A stretch of DNA of 64,000 nucleotides from Sphyrna mokarran (Eukaryota): assembly GCA_024679065.1 (NCBI GenBank), contig JAGIQG010000004.1, positions 63,116,001-63,180,000 on the forward strand, given 5' to 3'. A program made the position numbers and the translations under genes. Shown here in pieces: positions 26,521 to 38,689 of the stretch (positions are counted from its first letter, which is position 1; each line of letters starts with the position of its first letter). The notes beneath the pieces are model-generated. The model was given only the letters and a program-made list of their open reading frames with translations. It made no database searches and was not told the DNA's origin.

Positions 26521-27744
26521 TTGCCATTGTGATTTGTTGCAACGTGGACCACAATCACTGGCTGTTCACCCTTGATCTTCTTAAATGATAGAGCAGACTA
26601 AATGGACCGCTTGTCCTACTATTGCTCCGTTTCTGTTTTTTATTATTATTATTTAATCGTGAGACATAGCCATAGCTGGCTGGCCAGTATGTATTGCACA
26701 TTCCTAGTTGTCCTCGCTTAGAGGGCAGTTGAGAGTCAACCACATTGCCTGTCGCTCTGGAGTCACCTGAAGGCCAGACCGCGTAAGGATAGCAGATTTA
26801 TTTTCTAAAGGACATTAGCGAACCAGTGGGTTTTTCTGACAATTGACAATGGTTTCATGGTATTTAGTAGATTCTTAACTCCACATATTTTTTATTGAAT
26901 TCAAATTTCATCACTTCCTATGGAGCGTTTTGAATTCAAAACAGTAGTTTGGGTTTCTGGCTTGGTAATCTAGCAATAATACCACTAGATCATCACCTGC
27001 CCCTGTTTATTTTTTTTTGTATTTGCCTTCAGCTTTATTGCATTGATGGAGCCAGCGAATCTAATCAAACATGGAGAAACCTGGTGGAATTAAGGGTACT
27101 ATGTCCACCGTATTTCCAATTTATTATAATGAATAGACAGAAATATGTTGCCATTTAGTCCATGCTTTGCAACACATGCTGTATGCACCATTAAATTACC
27201 CGTACAAGCAACACATCAGGATATCATCCAGTCAATAGCTGAATACAATAATTATTTTTCTGCGATAGATTTTCACACTTGCTTTGTATTTGTATCTCTA
27301 ATTCCATCTCTTCTTCCTGCTTAATTCATCAAAGTCTAGCTTAGTGCAATGCGACGGATATATCTATAGATCAAAAAATACGTAATTAGATAATCATTAT
27401 TATAGATATCAATGTGGATATTGTGACATTGTGGATAAAGTAAAATCTCAAAGTGAGGCTTTATATTTAGTCTGGAATTTTTCTGCCCTGTTGCAATTTT
27501 GACTGTTTTGTCCCACATTGTAACCATTAATTGTAGATTCCTATTTGTGGTTTGTCAGAACATTTGAAGTGATCTGATTGCTGGCCAGATTCCTTTCCTT
27601 CTGTTAATTCAATTCCTGCCAGGCGATCAGTGCTGCAGAAATTTTCCAACTATGCTTAAAGTTGAATATCGTAAAAATAATATCAGTAGATTCCCTATTT
27701 TTGCTCTGACATCCATATGAATTCAACAACGACCCCCATCAATA

Positions 27745-28140
27745 AACAAAGAACAAAACAGCATGGGAAACAGGCCCTTTGACCCAAAGAGCCTGCGCCG
27801 CCATTTTAATATTCCCACTTTTACCCATGATTCTTGTCTATGTTTATGGAAATCTGCATTGCAGCCAATTCGGGGAGACAATTTAGGGACGATTTGTTTT
27901 GCCAATCAGCCTAAAAGTACATCTTTGGGGTGTGGGAGAAAACCGGAGCACCCAGAGAAAAACCGACGCAAGCAAGGGGAGAATGCATCAACTCCTACAG
28001 ATACCGGCCCAATTCCCTGTATCTGCACAGCAACAGTGGTAGTCACTGAGCTGTCGTGTTGCTCATCAACTGGTCCAGTTTAAGCGTACACTAACAAGAT
28101 GAAGCAATAGGCTACTCTCAAAAAAAAATCCAAGAGCAGC
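27745..28140 (-). mobile_element. Stand-alone 3' unit of the V-SINE-containing CR1 family
   Basis: Same unit as 2768-3168 in reverse, ending at ccaagagcagc. Confidence 0.8.
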
Positions 28141-29534
28141 AGTAATTGTGACCCCTCATTTGCTCCTTTATTTCTCTGATTAGGGGATTTCTCAGGATTC
28201 TACTAAGCTCAGCAGAATACTCGGAGAAATCCCAGAGCACTAAATGAAAAAATATCTTAAACTGTTTCTGTTGGTATGCTACTAGCCACCCAGACAAGTA
28301 TGGTCAGAAGTCATTTGTTTGTGGAAGTATGCAGACAGATTTTTGTGTTTTCTTGATGCCTGATCATTAAATAATGTTTGGGCTGAGCACCCAAATGGAA
28401 ATCCGGTAGGTGGAATACCGCCACCACATTTCAATGTTAGGAAAATGCGCCAAATTCTGTTCTCAGCAGTGCATCCAGCAGATTTTCCATTCGGCTCTCA
28501 GCACTGACAATGCTTGAAGCCCAGATGATAAATCTCTGGAGCTCTGATCATCTTTCTACAAACTTTATTTTTGGTAATAAAACTGGAAGAGACCAGGGCA
28601 GAAACACCAAGGTATATTGTGAATTTAGCCTGGACCCCAACTTTTTTGTGATTTGGCAATAATGGGAATATAAGGTGTTCCACAGTAGGTGTGATAGCTT
28701 TTATGAAACAAACTTTATTTAACAACGTAGTTAAAATATGACAAAAAGAATTAACATAACCTTTATTAGATGAAATACTTAAAATGATAACATAAGCATC
28801 TTAGGATTTTTTAAAAATTATTTCCAATGTTAGCAAAACCACAAAGATGTTTGTTTCCTACAGAATCAGTTAGAATCTGCTCTGGTCAGAGATACCGAGA
28901 GAGATTCACAAACAGCAGCCTCCAGAGAGAAATCTGTCTTCAAACAGCAGAAATCCAATGATAGAGACTGAAAAAACACTTCTTGCCTATTTCAGAACTT
29001 CGAAGATAGATGCCTTCAATTTCTGAAAACAGAAAGAGGGCAAAAGAGCAACTGCTATTTTCAAATTCAAACTGCAACTGCCTTCTTTATCCTCTCTGGA
29101 AGCACTGCCCTATCCGCTCCACTTGTCAATTAATGTAATGAATCACTACTCTGAAACCACAGGTAACACATCAAAGAATATTAACAGTACATTAGCTCAG
29201 ATTAAAACAAGGGCTTCAATAGTTAGTAGTAATTGACCTTATGCAGTATCAGGAAGTGACCTGTGAATTGTGAATATTTGGCATCGTAGTTAGAGTTGAA
29301 GCATAAAGCAGTCCCTTCAGAGATACATGACACAAATACATTTCTTAAAGGCTCATTATCGTCGTGAGACTTGTTCTATCTTCTGGGTGCTATTCAATGA
29401 ATAGGACTCTGCTGGGATGCAACGGACAGTAGTGATTTCATTTAATTCTGGATTCAGGGGCTGCAGATTATGGACTTATTCATATCGTTCTGCGGAGGGA
29501 GTGCAGGACAAGATTTGTTTTAATTGTCTTTCAG

Positions 29535-29636
29535 TTCATTCAGGAAGCTGTCGAAATGTTGCCACCTTATTCTGCACCAGATACGACCAAATCCCGAAAA
29601 ACTCCAAGACATCAAGAACAGACACGGTGCATTCAG
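29535..29636 (+). CDS. Gene A exon 6 (predicted, symmetric phase 0/0): FIQEAVEMLPPYSAPDTTKSRKTPRHQEQTRCIQ
   Basis: Acceptor ttgtctttcag (alternative in-frame acceptor gives start 29544), donor CAG|GTAAGA; 102 nt open; resembles the ITIM module of the terminal exon. Confidence 0.55.
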
Positions 29637-29809
29637 GTAAGACGGAGCAAATACGCGGAATGCGTAATTAACACGTGGTCTATGGGCAAATACGTTTAAT
29701 ACTGCTTTACTACTTCTGTCTGCGTTAGCACTGATTCTGCGACATACGCGCTATTATGTCAATTAAAACTCCGTTTGGCTTCAGAGTCACAAGATTGTAG
29801 GATATAGCC

Positions 29810-30019
29810 CAGTAAGAAGTCTACAACACCAGTTTTAAATCCAACCGATTTATTTGATAGGAAACTCGCAAGCTTTCGGCTTTATAGGCTATAAAGGCTA
29901 TAAAGGTTATAAAGCCGAAAGCTTGCGAGTTTACTATCAAATAAATCGGTTGGATTTAAAATTTGTGTTGCAGACTTCTTACTGTGTTTACCCCAGTCCA
30001 CCGTCGGCATGTCTACATC
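29810..30019. mobile_element. Fold-back (inverted-repeat) element, probably Penelope-terminus derived, with 13-bp TSD
   Basis: Arms 29810-29886 and 29908-29984 are near-perfect reverse complements; AGGATATAGCCCA at 29799-29811 and 30020-30032. Confidence 0.8.
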
Positions 30020-30857
30020 AGGATATAGCCCACTCAGAAGACTTGGGAGTAAAGAATAATTTGGCACTCTTGTGCATTACTGAGAGAATTCTGCATTATC
30101 TGAACTACCGTATTTCAAAGGAGACGTTAAACTGAGATTCTAATTACCTAAATTTGCAGCAGATTAGGCCTATTCTCCCTTCAGTTTAGAAGAATGAGAT
30201 GGGGATCTAACTGAAGTGTACACGTTGCTAAAGAAGATCGATAAGATCGAAGTGGAGAGGATACTTCCTCTTGTACGGCAATCTAGAACAAGACGTCATA
30301 CTTTGAAGATAATGGGTAGCAGATTTAAAACAGAGACGAGGAGTCTGTGAAATTCACCTCTCGAGATTTTAATTGGATGTTGGGACATTTACTAAATTAA
30401 AGGAAGAAGTGGACAGGTTTTTAATTCGTAATGGTTTGAAGGGTCATGGTGAACAGGCAGGAAAGTAAATTTTGAGGCTGAGATGAGATTAGCCTTGACC
30501 ATACCAAAGGCCTGAATTACATATCCCTATTCTTAGTTCTTATCATTCTTATGTATGATTCATGTGATTCAATGGCATTATTTCGAAGGGGGGATTTTAT
30601 CCTCTGTGGCTTAGTCAATAGTTTTGTCTCCTATAACTAAAACAAATTATTAAGAATATATTGCTATTTCTAGGATCTTGCTCTGAGCAGATTGGCTGCT
30701 GTGTTTCTTACTTAACAACAGTGGCTAACCGTACCATAACAAGTGTTTGAATGACAGCAAAACACGTCTCGGAGTCGGGAATTTTTTTTTTCGATTCTAA
30801 TGAACTACAATAAAGTAAAATTGAAACTAATTATATTCCCAATCATTGATTTCACAG

Positions 30858-31025
30858 AACAAACAAAGACTACCCGATAATAAGCTGACGTACGCTGCTC
30901 TAGATATAATAGGATCAAAGAAAACTTCAAAGCCAAATCATAAGGATAAGAGCACGGAATATGCTCAGCTAAAGATGGAGAAACAAATAGCAGGAGTTGT
31001 CTACACCGAACGGAAAGCCACCTGA
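30858..31025 (+). CDS. Gene A terminal exon: inhibitory tail with ITIM (LTYAAL) and ITSM-like motif (TEYAQL)
   Basis: Acceptor ttgatttcacag; NKQRLPDNKLTYAALDIIGSKKTSKPNHKDKSTEYAQLKMEKQIAGVVYTERKAT*, stop TGA 31023-31025. Not in the ORF track. Motif pair resembles SIRPa/Siglec tails. Confidence 0.85.
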   Translation, partial: NKQRLPDNKLTYAALDIIGSKKTSKPNHKDKSTEYAQLKMEKQIAGVVYTERKAT

Positions 31026-31959
31026 TAATGGTGTCCAGTACCTAACACATGTTCGTTATGTCTATATCTCAGGACAAGCCAATTATCATGACATCGAAAA
31101 TCGACAAAGAAATAATAACTGTTCGGGAGGAAAATTGTATGGGCTCCATTTTAATAACAGGCAGCCTGGAGCCACGAAAGTGGTGGCTACCCGTCACTGC
31201 TTTAAGAAGCTGTGGATGAAATGGACGGCAAAACCTCAAGTTTTGCTTGAACCGGCCACAGAACTGCAAGACCCAAAATCCGATTGGTGTTGGCATTTGT
31301 GTTTGGTGTTTGCTCTTTATGTTGTCTGAGGTTTGCCCAGATTAGGAAAGGGGTATGATTTAGCGCTCTTTCTGCCCTGATAGACCAGAGCCGGAGGATC
31401 TCAGATAAAGCAATGACAGGGTAACTTGAAACTTGGCACGAACAGCTATCCCTGGAGATAGATATAAATCCTCCTTGGACTGTAGCGCAAAACAGGTAAT
31501 AAGAATAGGCAACAGGTTTTCTTCCTCATTCGATTTTCGATTCTAATGACGTCCAGATGTAAGGATGAGACAGCGTTCAAAGGAAATGTTAATACAAACG
31601 TGCAATGAATGAGCCGGAGAGAAACAACTGATAAAATGTGATTTAGATTACGCTTTGCGCAAATTCAGCTGCTCCCAAGCTCCGTCACACTGAAATCATT
31701 TTCAAATGTAATCAAAATTGACAGATTGATCAGTAACATCACAACAAGATCTCATAGATGTACGATCAGCAGTGATCTTTTTTGACAGATAACTAATGGC
31801 TAGGGCACGAGGAGAACGTTGTTGTTCTTCTTCAGACAATGGAAATCTCATGGATGCTCTGACATAAATCCCTTCCTATCTATCGAACGAATGGCTTGCA
31901 ATTAACTTTCTTCCCTCTCCTGCAGCAAAATATCTGGTGGCACCTAACTTTGTCTGACT

Positions 31960-32490
31960 TCATCATTGTCTCAGCTCATTGGCTGCAGACACATTCAATT
32001 ATGCCTTCGATACCAGAGTAAGCTGTCCTGATTCTTGTAGCTACCTCATATTCTATCCTGTGTAAAATTGAAGTCGTCCAAAACGTGGCATTCCGTGTGA
32101 TTGCTTCCAGCAATATCGTTCTCTTATCATTCCCGTGCTGACTAAATCACATTGGTTCCAGATTTCGTGATATAAAATTCCCCATCTTTGTTTTTAAATT
32201 CTGTCTGACATATTTCTGCAACCTCCAAAAGATCTGAGTTCCACTGATTTCAGCGCCTTCCTTTCAACTCCAGTTACAACTATTGCCTGGGCCCAAACGA
32301 CGGGATTTTCTCTCTCCACTTCTCCGTTCTCTTCCTCCTTTTCAGCTTTTAAAATAGTTATTCAACCTTATGCCTTGGAACAAGTTTTCCTAATTTGACC
32401 TAACTTCTCCACGTGTGGTTTTTGTTATTCTTTGTTTCATAAAGCTCCAGTGAAGCGGCTTGGGATATTCCATTAAATTAAACATGCCCT
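31960..32490 (+). mobile_element. Decayed L2-like LINE 3' end
   Basis: gtccaaaacgtggca...tcattcccgtgctgactaaatcacattggttcc...aaaattc..catctttgtttttaaat, L2 C-terminal pattern; similar remnant at 36170-36720. Confidence 0.5.
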
Positions 32491-33419
32491 CATTGGTGAT
32501 TGTTGCTATGGTGATACCTCTCCCTGCATTTAGTTTGAAAGTTTGTACGAAAATGAATTAAATATGTTTTCAAAGATAGCTAAACGCAGAATTTGAAAGG
32601 AAATCCAAACAGTAGCAACAACCCAATCCAATCCAAAGGACAAAATATCACAAAACAAATACAAATATGTTCGTTTTTCAGAAAAGGTATTTTGGAATTA
32701 AGGTTTTTTACTGAGAAGATAAATACTCATTCAAAATAGGCAAAAGAGGCACAATCTTTAGTTGTATTATTATTTGCATCGATAATAGACTATTGACACA
32801 AGTCTGATGGCTGATTGGTCTTTACTGGCGTTTGTCCTTTTTTAACTTTGGTATTATGAATTTATCTATAACTTAATTTCCAATGTGTCACTGTTATTCG
32901 AGTGTTAATATTCAGACATGAAAAGGATAAAATAGGTTATATAAATGGACGTAGTTCGTTGAGTTTCTTCTTTCATAACATGTATTCTTCTTTATGTATT
33001 CTTCTTACATTATATGAAATTGTCAGGTTGTGTTCTGGCAAAGATAATGTACGTCATATTGCTTTCTGAGACATTTTCATTTTGCAGTTGCTGTACATTA
33101 TATGTGCAGATAATTTATCAACATCGGCATCAAAAAATGTTTAAAAATGTAAAAATGTTAAGCAAAAATCATACAATTGAATAATACGTATCAGCACGAA
33201 AAATCAACTGTGATTTAATTAGGAAGTTAAGGCTACTATTAAAATTTTTAAAGACGTTTATGATGTTGCATAGAATAGTGATATATCCTGGACTGTAAGT
33301 GTTTTGGAAACAATCAAACGCGTTTAAAATGTTAATTTTAAAAGCGAAAAAAATAGATTGTGAGAGCAAATGAGCAAGAAACATAAAAAAAAGGTTTGGA
33401 AGCACTGTTACAAGTGTAT

Positions 33420-34030
33420 AAAACACAAAAGAATAGTTATCGTATTACGAGAGATATAATAAAAGAGGAAGGAGTGTTTGCTCTAGTTATATAGGGCATT
33501 GGTTAAGCCACATGCTGAATACAGTTTACAGTAAGATATAAATGCCTTGAAAGCACTTCAGAGAAGCTTTACTAGATTAATAGCTGGAATGGGTGAGTTA
33601 TCGTTTGAAAAAAAGGAGACAGACAAGGCTTATATCAGCTAGCGTTTAAAAGAGTAAGAGGCGACTTGATTGAAACATAATACCCCGAGGAGACTTGACA
33701 GGGTGGCTCTGGAAAGAATGATTATTCTTGTGGGAGAATCTAAAACTTGGGTCACTGTTTAAAAATAAGGAGTCTCCAATATAAGGCAGAGATTAAAAAG
33801 AAATCTCTCAAAGGATACGAAACTTTGAAATTCTCTTCCTCAATTAAGTGTTTTGACAGTGTCCTTGAATGTCTTATATGCAGCGGTAAGTAGTTTCATT
33901 GTAAGAAATGGGATGAAAAGGTACAAGAGGAAAGACAGAATGTTGTTTCGAGGTTAAAATTGGATCAGCAAACATCTTAATGCATTTTGGGGGAGGGGCC
34001 GAGTTACCCATTTTTGCTCCTAATTCCGAT
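33420..34030 (+). mobile_element. Old CR1 3' fragment
   Basis: Remnants of LYRALVKPH.EY and RGDLIET. Confidence 0.6.
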
Positions 34031-34239
34031 GTTTACAAATTCATCTTAAACAAATACCTGGTTGTCTGTATTCACAGTAGGAAACGTAAGTTGCATATCA
34101 TAAATGAAGGGCAAAATAAGTGCTAAATGCGCGAGAAACCTACGGTTATTAATAACAACAGAGTCAGGGCCTGAGAAAATGAAATGGATTAAAATCCCGG
34201 AGATCTTCACGCCTACATTGGAAAGTTTTAAAAGTCAAA

Positions 34240-34635
34240 TAACAAAGAATAAAACAGCACGGGAAACAGGCCCTTCAGCCCAACGAGCCCGCTCCGCCAT
34301 CTCGATGTTCCCACCTCTACCCGCGATTCCTGTCCATGTTTATAGATCTATGGATTAAAAACCAAATTTGAGACAATTTAGGGAGAATTTGTTTTGCCAA
34401 TTAGCCTATGAGCACATCTTTGGGATGTGGGAGGAAACCGGAGCACCCGGAGAAAACCCACGCAAGCACGGGGAGAATGCGCAAACTCCCACAGACACAG
34501 GCCCAAATCCATGTATCTGCACAACACAGAGATAGTCACTGAGCTGTCGTGTTGTCCATCAAATGGTCCAGATCAAGCGTACACTAACGACGTGAAACAC
34601 TAGGATACTCTCGAAAAAATCCAAGAGCAGCCCTG
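34240..34635 (-). mobile_element. Stand-alone 3' unit of the V-SINE-containing CR1 family (young)
   Basis: Near-identical to 45135-45530 and 63660-64000. Confidence 0.88.
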
Positions 34636-35194
34636 TAGCCAAGTCACGGCTGTAGAGATTCCGGATGCGCTGTTCATGAGTTTTGAAACTTCTCTCGATG
34701 CTGGAAAGGTGCCAACAAGTTGGATGTTAATAAATATAATACCAATAAAAAGTGGAATTGAAGCCCAAGATCAACCATTATCGTATTGAAGAAAATTGGT
34801 AGTTTTCGATGGATCTTATAGTGTACTTCTGTTCTTGTGTTCTTGATCCAGGCTGTATGATACAGCCTGGAATGCAAACATTCCACAGACATCACCCTGC
34901 AGGGCCCTGATTATTTTTGTGGGTCTTACTCACAGAACGAGGAATGAAAGTGTGGTGGCGTCAACTCAGGGTCTTAAATAAATCATTCGGAACTGGAGGA
35001 AATATTTGACTGTATTTCCTGATCTTGTGCAGAGTTTATAAGTATAATAAGCAAGGAAAATGAGAATGTTTAGTTTTGAAACTTGACCAATGCTTTTGGT
35101 GAAACACACTAAGATTGAAGAAATATAGAAAAATAACAGGACAAGAAAAAACAAAGATGATTAGTTGGCGCCTTTCAATATCACGGAACTGCAA

Positions 35195-35310
35195 CCCACC
35201 CTCTCCCACTATCACCTCCCTCTTCCGCTCCACAAACTCAACTCTCCCACCACTACCACCACCACATCCGTCTCCCCCTCCCCCCCCCCCCCCCCCCCCG
35301 CCTCCCCCGC
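35195..35310. repeat. C-rich low-complexity tract with a C run of about 20 nt
   Basis: Directly visible. Confidence 0.9.
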
Positions 35311-38300
35311 GGGCCCCTGCGCTTACACACCCCGGAATTACCCTCAGCCCGAAAAAAAACAAGGAAGCTTTTCAAACAATGAAGTATGCCTGAAGCATTA
35401 TTACGGAACTGTAGAAAACACTTCGACTTAGTTGACCACATCATCTTCTTCAATGTTTCTTCACTTTGTCGAACTAGATTGAATGTTATTACCGTGTTCA
35501 ATTGCTAACTATCTAATTCGTAGCCAGAATATTGCCTGAATTTGACATTTCTTTCCTTGATACCCCCAAGGATCGTCACTTGAATTTACCCTACTTTGAC
35601 TTACATGTAACTCGTCAGCAAAGTCATCCGAAAATATAATTTTGATTTGAACACGTACGCTGGAAATATCCGGCTGGACCTTAGAATTCCAGTTCTCCCT
35701 AATCCCTGTTCTTGCGTGACACCCGGTAGTAAAGAAGCATAAATTACCTTAGGTTTGGAAAATGGAAGCTATTGTCTTGAATCACTATTACAAACGCCAT
35801 TTTCACCCCCGCTCCTGGGCAAATGTCTGAGGCGGAACTGGGCTGGCCACAAAACTTGTGACATCTGGCAAAACATCCATGGCTTACAGAATCCCTACAG
35901 GAGGCTATTCGGCCCATTGACGCTGTGCCCAGGCCCCATCCTGGTAAAGTGCACGCATTTACCCTACAAAGCCCCATGACACCATAGTCATCCTAACCTG
36001 CATATCAGTGCAGAATGGGAGAAGACTGGAACATCCGGGGAAAACCCATGGAGACGCAGGAAGAATGCGCAAACTGAACCTGTGTCCTTGGCGCTGTGAT
36101 TCGACAGTACTAACTATTGAGGCACTCGTTTCGCCCATTAAGATATTTCGCAACGTTGTCCTTACTTCAGTTCATCTTCTGATGAAACAAACCGTCAGCC
36201 ATCGCTCTCTAGACTGTTATAACACGCTCCTAAATATTCTACAATTTTGTACCCTCCGTAAACGCAAGGTCGTCTAAAACTCTGGTCTCCGTGCCATTAC
36301 CCACACCAACTCCAGTTTACCCATTACCCCTATACTAGCTGATCAAACTGTGATTAAACAATATCTCACGTTTATCCTTTTTATCCTTGTTTTCCTTCCA
36401 TGACCTCTCTCTTCCTTATTTCTGTTCTCTCCTTCGGCTCACAATGCTCTGTACTCGCCCAGTTCCGACCCCTTGAACTCCTCCATTGCTCCATCATCGG
36501 CAGCTTTGACTTCGGCTGCTCGAGTCGAAAGGTCGAAAATTGCTTTCATAAATATCTCCTACTGCCTGATTTCCTTTCCTCGATTAAGATCGACGGCAAT
36601 GTTAGTTAAATCTTTCTTCTCAGGCCCTAACTTCGCACTATGTTATTAGTTGTAAATTTGTGTCTAATGCCACTCTTAGAAGACATCTAGGGGTGTTTGA
36701 TTGCGTTGAAGACACTATGTATATAGAGACTGTTTTGTTGCTAACTAGGCTTGTGGGTATAAAAATCATTGTGACTTTAAGGGGCGCATACACTTACATC
36801 TGCACCAGCGGTTTATGAATAGCAAAAATATCGATGTCATCACTCCGAAATGCTACCGCGATAATCTCGAATTAAAAACATCAGACGAATTTCTCTGCAA
36901 AAGCAATAGTGTAGAATAATACATCTGTTACTGCTGGTCTGCACAACTTTTTACGACTTAATCTGACCTTTTACCAAAATGGGATGTGGTTTTTGTTTAA
37001 CTGATAACTGTTGCCCAACATTTATTTTATCATCGCCGTTGACGTATAGATAACAATAGTTTTTAAAACCTCGCTGGCATCAAAAATTGGGCCTATTGCA
37101 ACATAATGGAAACATTTCATATAGCTAGCAACTGTAACCACTTTTCAATGCAGATCTGATAACTCACTTACGTCCACACATCGAGAGTAATTCAATTCTG
37201 TCTGACTTTAAATGAGTTCGTTTAACAGCTTCAAATGTCCATACGAACAATTTTATCGATTAGATGGCCGAGCTGGATTCCAAGGAAAGGGCAGGAATTT
37301 GGAGGAGACGTGTATGGTTATTTTAGTGTAGGCTTTCACTAGACTTCACATGCTCTATGAATTTCAGTACACGATCATTTTCATTTAACATAATCGCATG
37401 AAACAGGTTATAGAATGTCAAAAAATCGATTTATATATATCCCGCCAATTTCTTCTTTTCGTTGCAGAAATCACGCTGTAGCTTTACACATGGAGATCAT
37501 ATTTCGCAGCGAAAATCGAACGGCGTCAGTCAGCCGTCCATTACACATCATTCTCAATTTACTTTTCACTAAAATTAAAGGTGGATGATTGTCCGGTGTA
37601 TAGCTTCTCTGTGCCTGTGTTCGGGCCCCGTCCACGTGCCAACGAAGGTGTGGAGGACGGGACCAGATGGATTGAGTATGTGCCTATAAACCTTTTAAGT
37701 AGGCAATGAGAGAGGAAGCGAATTGTGGTGGCCATATGATGGAAATAAATTGGAGCTCCTAATATTTCAATGCATAAGCGACAACATGCACGTAAAATTG
37801 CTAAGCAACTCCGAGCTTTGGATCAGTGCCCAGTTGAGTGGACAAATCAGATGTCCGGATCAGTATGAGTTTCATCCCCATTCTGTTCGGGTCGATTTCC
37901 CTCCAAGTAACAAAATGGACTACGTACCGCCATTCCAATATCGCGAATTGTCTATTATAACCCAAAGTGAAAATCATTTCCCATTGAAATGGTGCCATCT
38001 ACCCAATTCGATCTCTCTTCATTCTCATTTTCTTTGATCTCTGATTCCATGGTTAAGAACACCAAATAAGCCAGGAATACACAACAAATTAGTCAGAAAT
38101 AAGAACTGGTACGGTTTGTTGTTTTTGAATTGACTGCACAGCTGGCAAAGATTAGACAAAAGCTAAGTACTGCCAATACTGGAAATGTCACGTAGAAGCG
38201 AATATGCTGAAATTCACAGTTTATGCAGCCATAGACAGAAATAGCGCTAACATTTCAAGTGTTTTATTCTGCCTCTCTCCCTTGCCGTAGATGCTGCGAT

Positions 38301-38689
38301 ACCTATCACTCCCAGCTTTGGCCGAACAAAGGGTGCTGATATAAAAAATGTTAACGTTTGAAAAGAAAATAAGTACATGAGTAACATGGGTTAATCGAGG
38401 AGATTCAAAATAATTAATTTGGAGGAATAACAGTTTGGAACTCTCAAATCTACAACTAAATTGGAGGGAGGGTGGAGGGGGTCGGGGGAAGGGTTTGGAA
38501 TGGGAAGTACATTCAGGTACAGTGTGCCTGAGGAACATAGAAAATCTAAAAGACACATTTTTAAAAAAGGAAAGATGAAGGAGCATGAAAAATAATTGAC
38601 AATGAAAGTCAAGAAAAAATGAACATGTTTGGAGTTCCATACTGAGCAATATGATAATCAAGGAGAACTCGAACAAAAAGGTAACTTGC

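Noticed and set aside
27033-27095. Additional gene A cytoplasmic exon (LYCIDGASESNQTWRNLVELR)
   Set aside because: Strong acceptor and open in phase 0, but weak donor and no motif or paralogue support; left out of the model, though not excluded.
28184-28275. Candidate exon after a pyrimidine tract
   Set aside because: Immediate stop in phase 1, stops before the next GT donor in the other frame examined, no supporting motif.
28690-29370. Solo LTR
   Set aside because: Looks repeat-like, but I could not identify clean TG...CA ends or a TSD.
35036-35501. Poly-Pro / poly-Gly ORFs
   Set aside because: Translation of a C-rich low-complexity tract; no splice or domain support.
36700-38600. A third decayed receptor paralogue in the unique intergenic stretch
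   Set aside because: No V, C1, TM or ITIM motifs recognised on either strand by eye; TBLASTN with gene A and B proteins would settle it.
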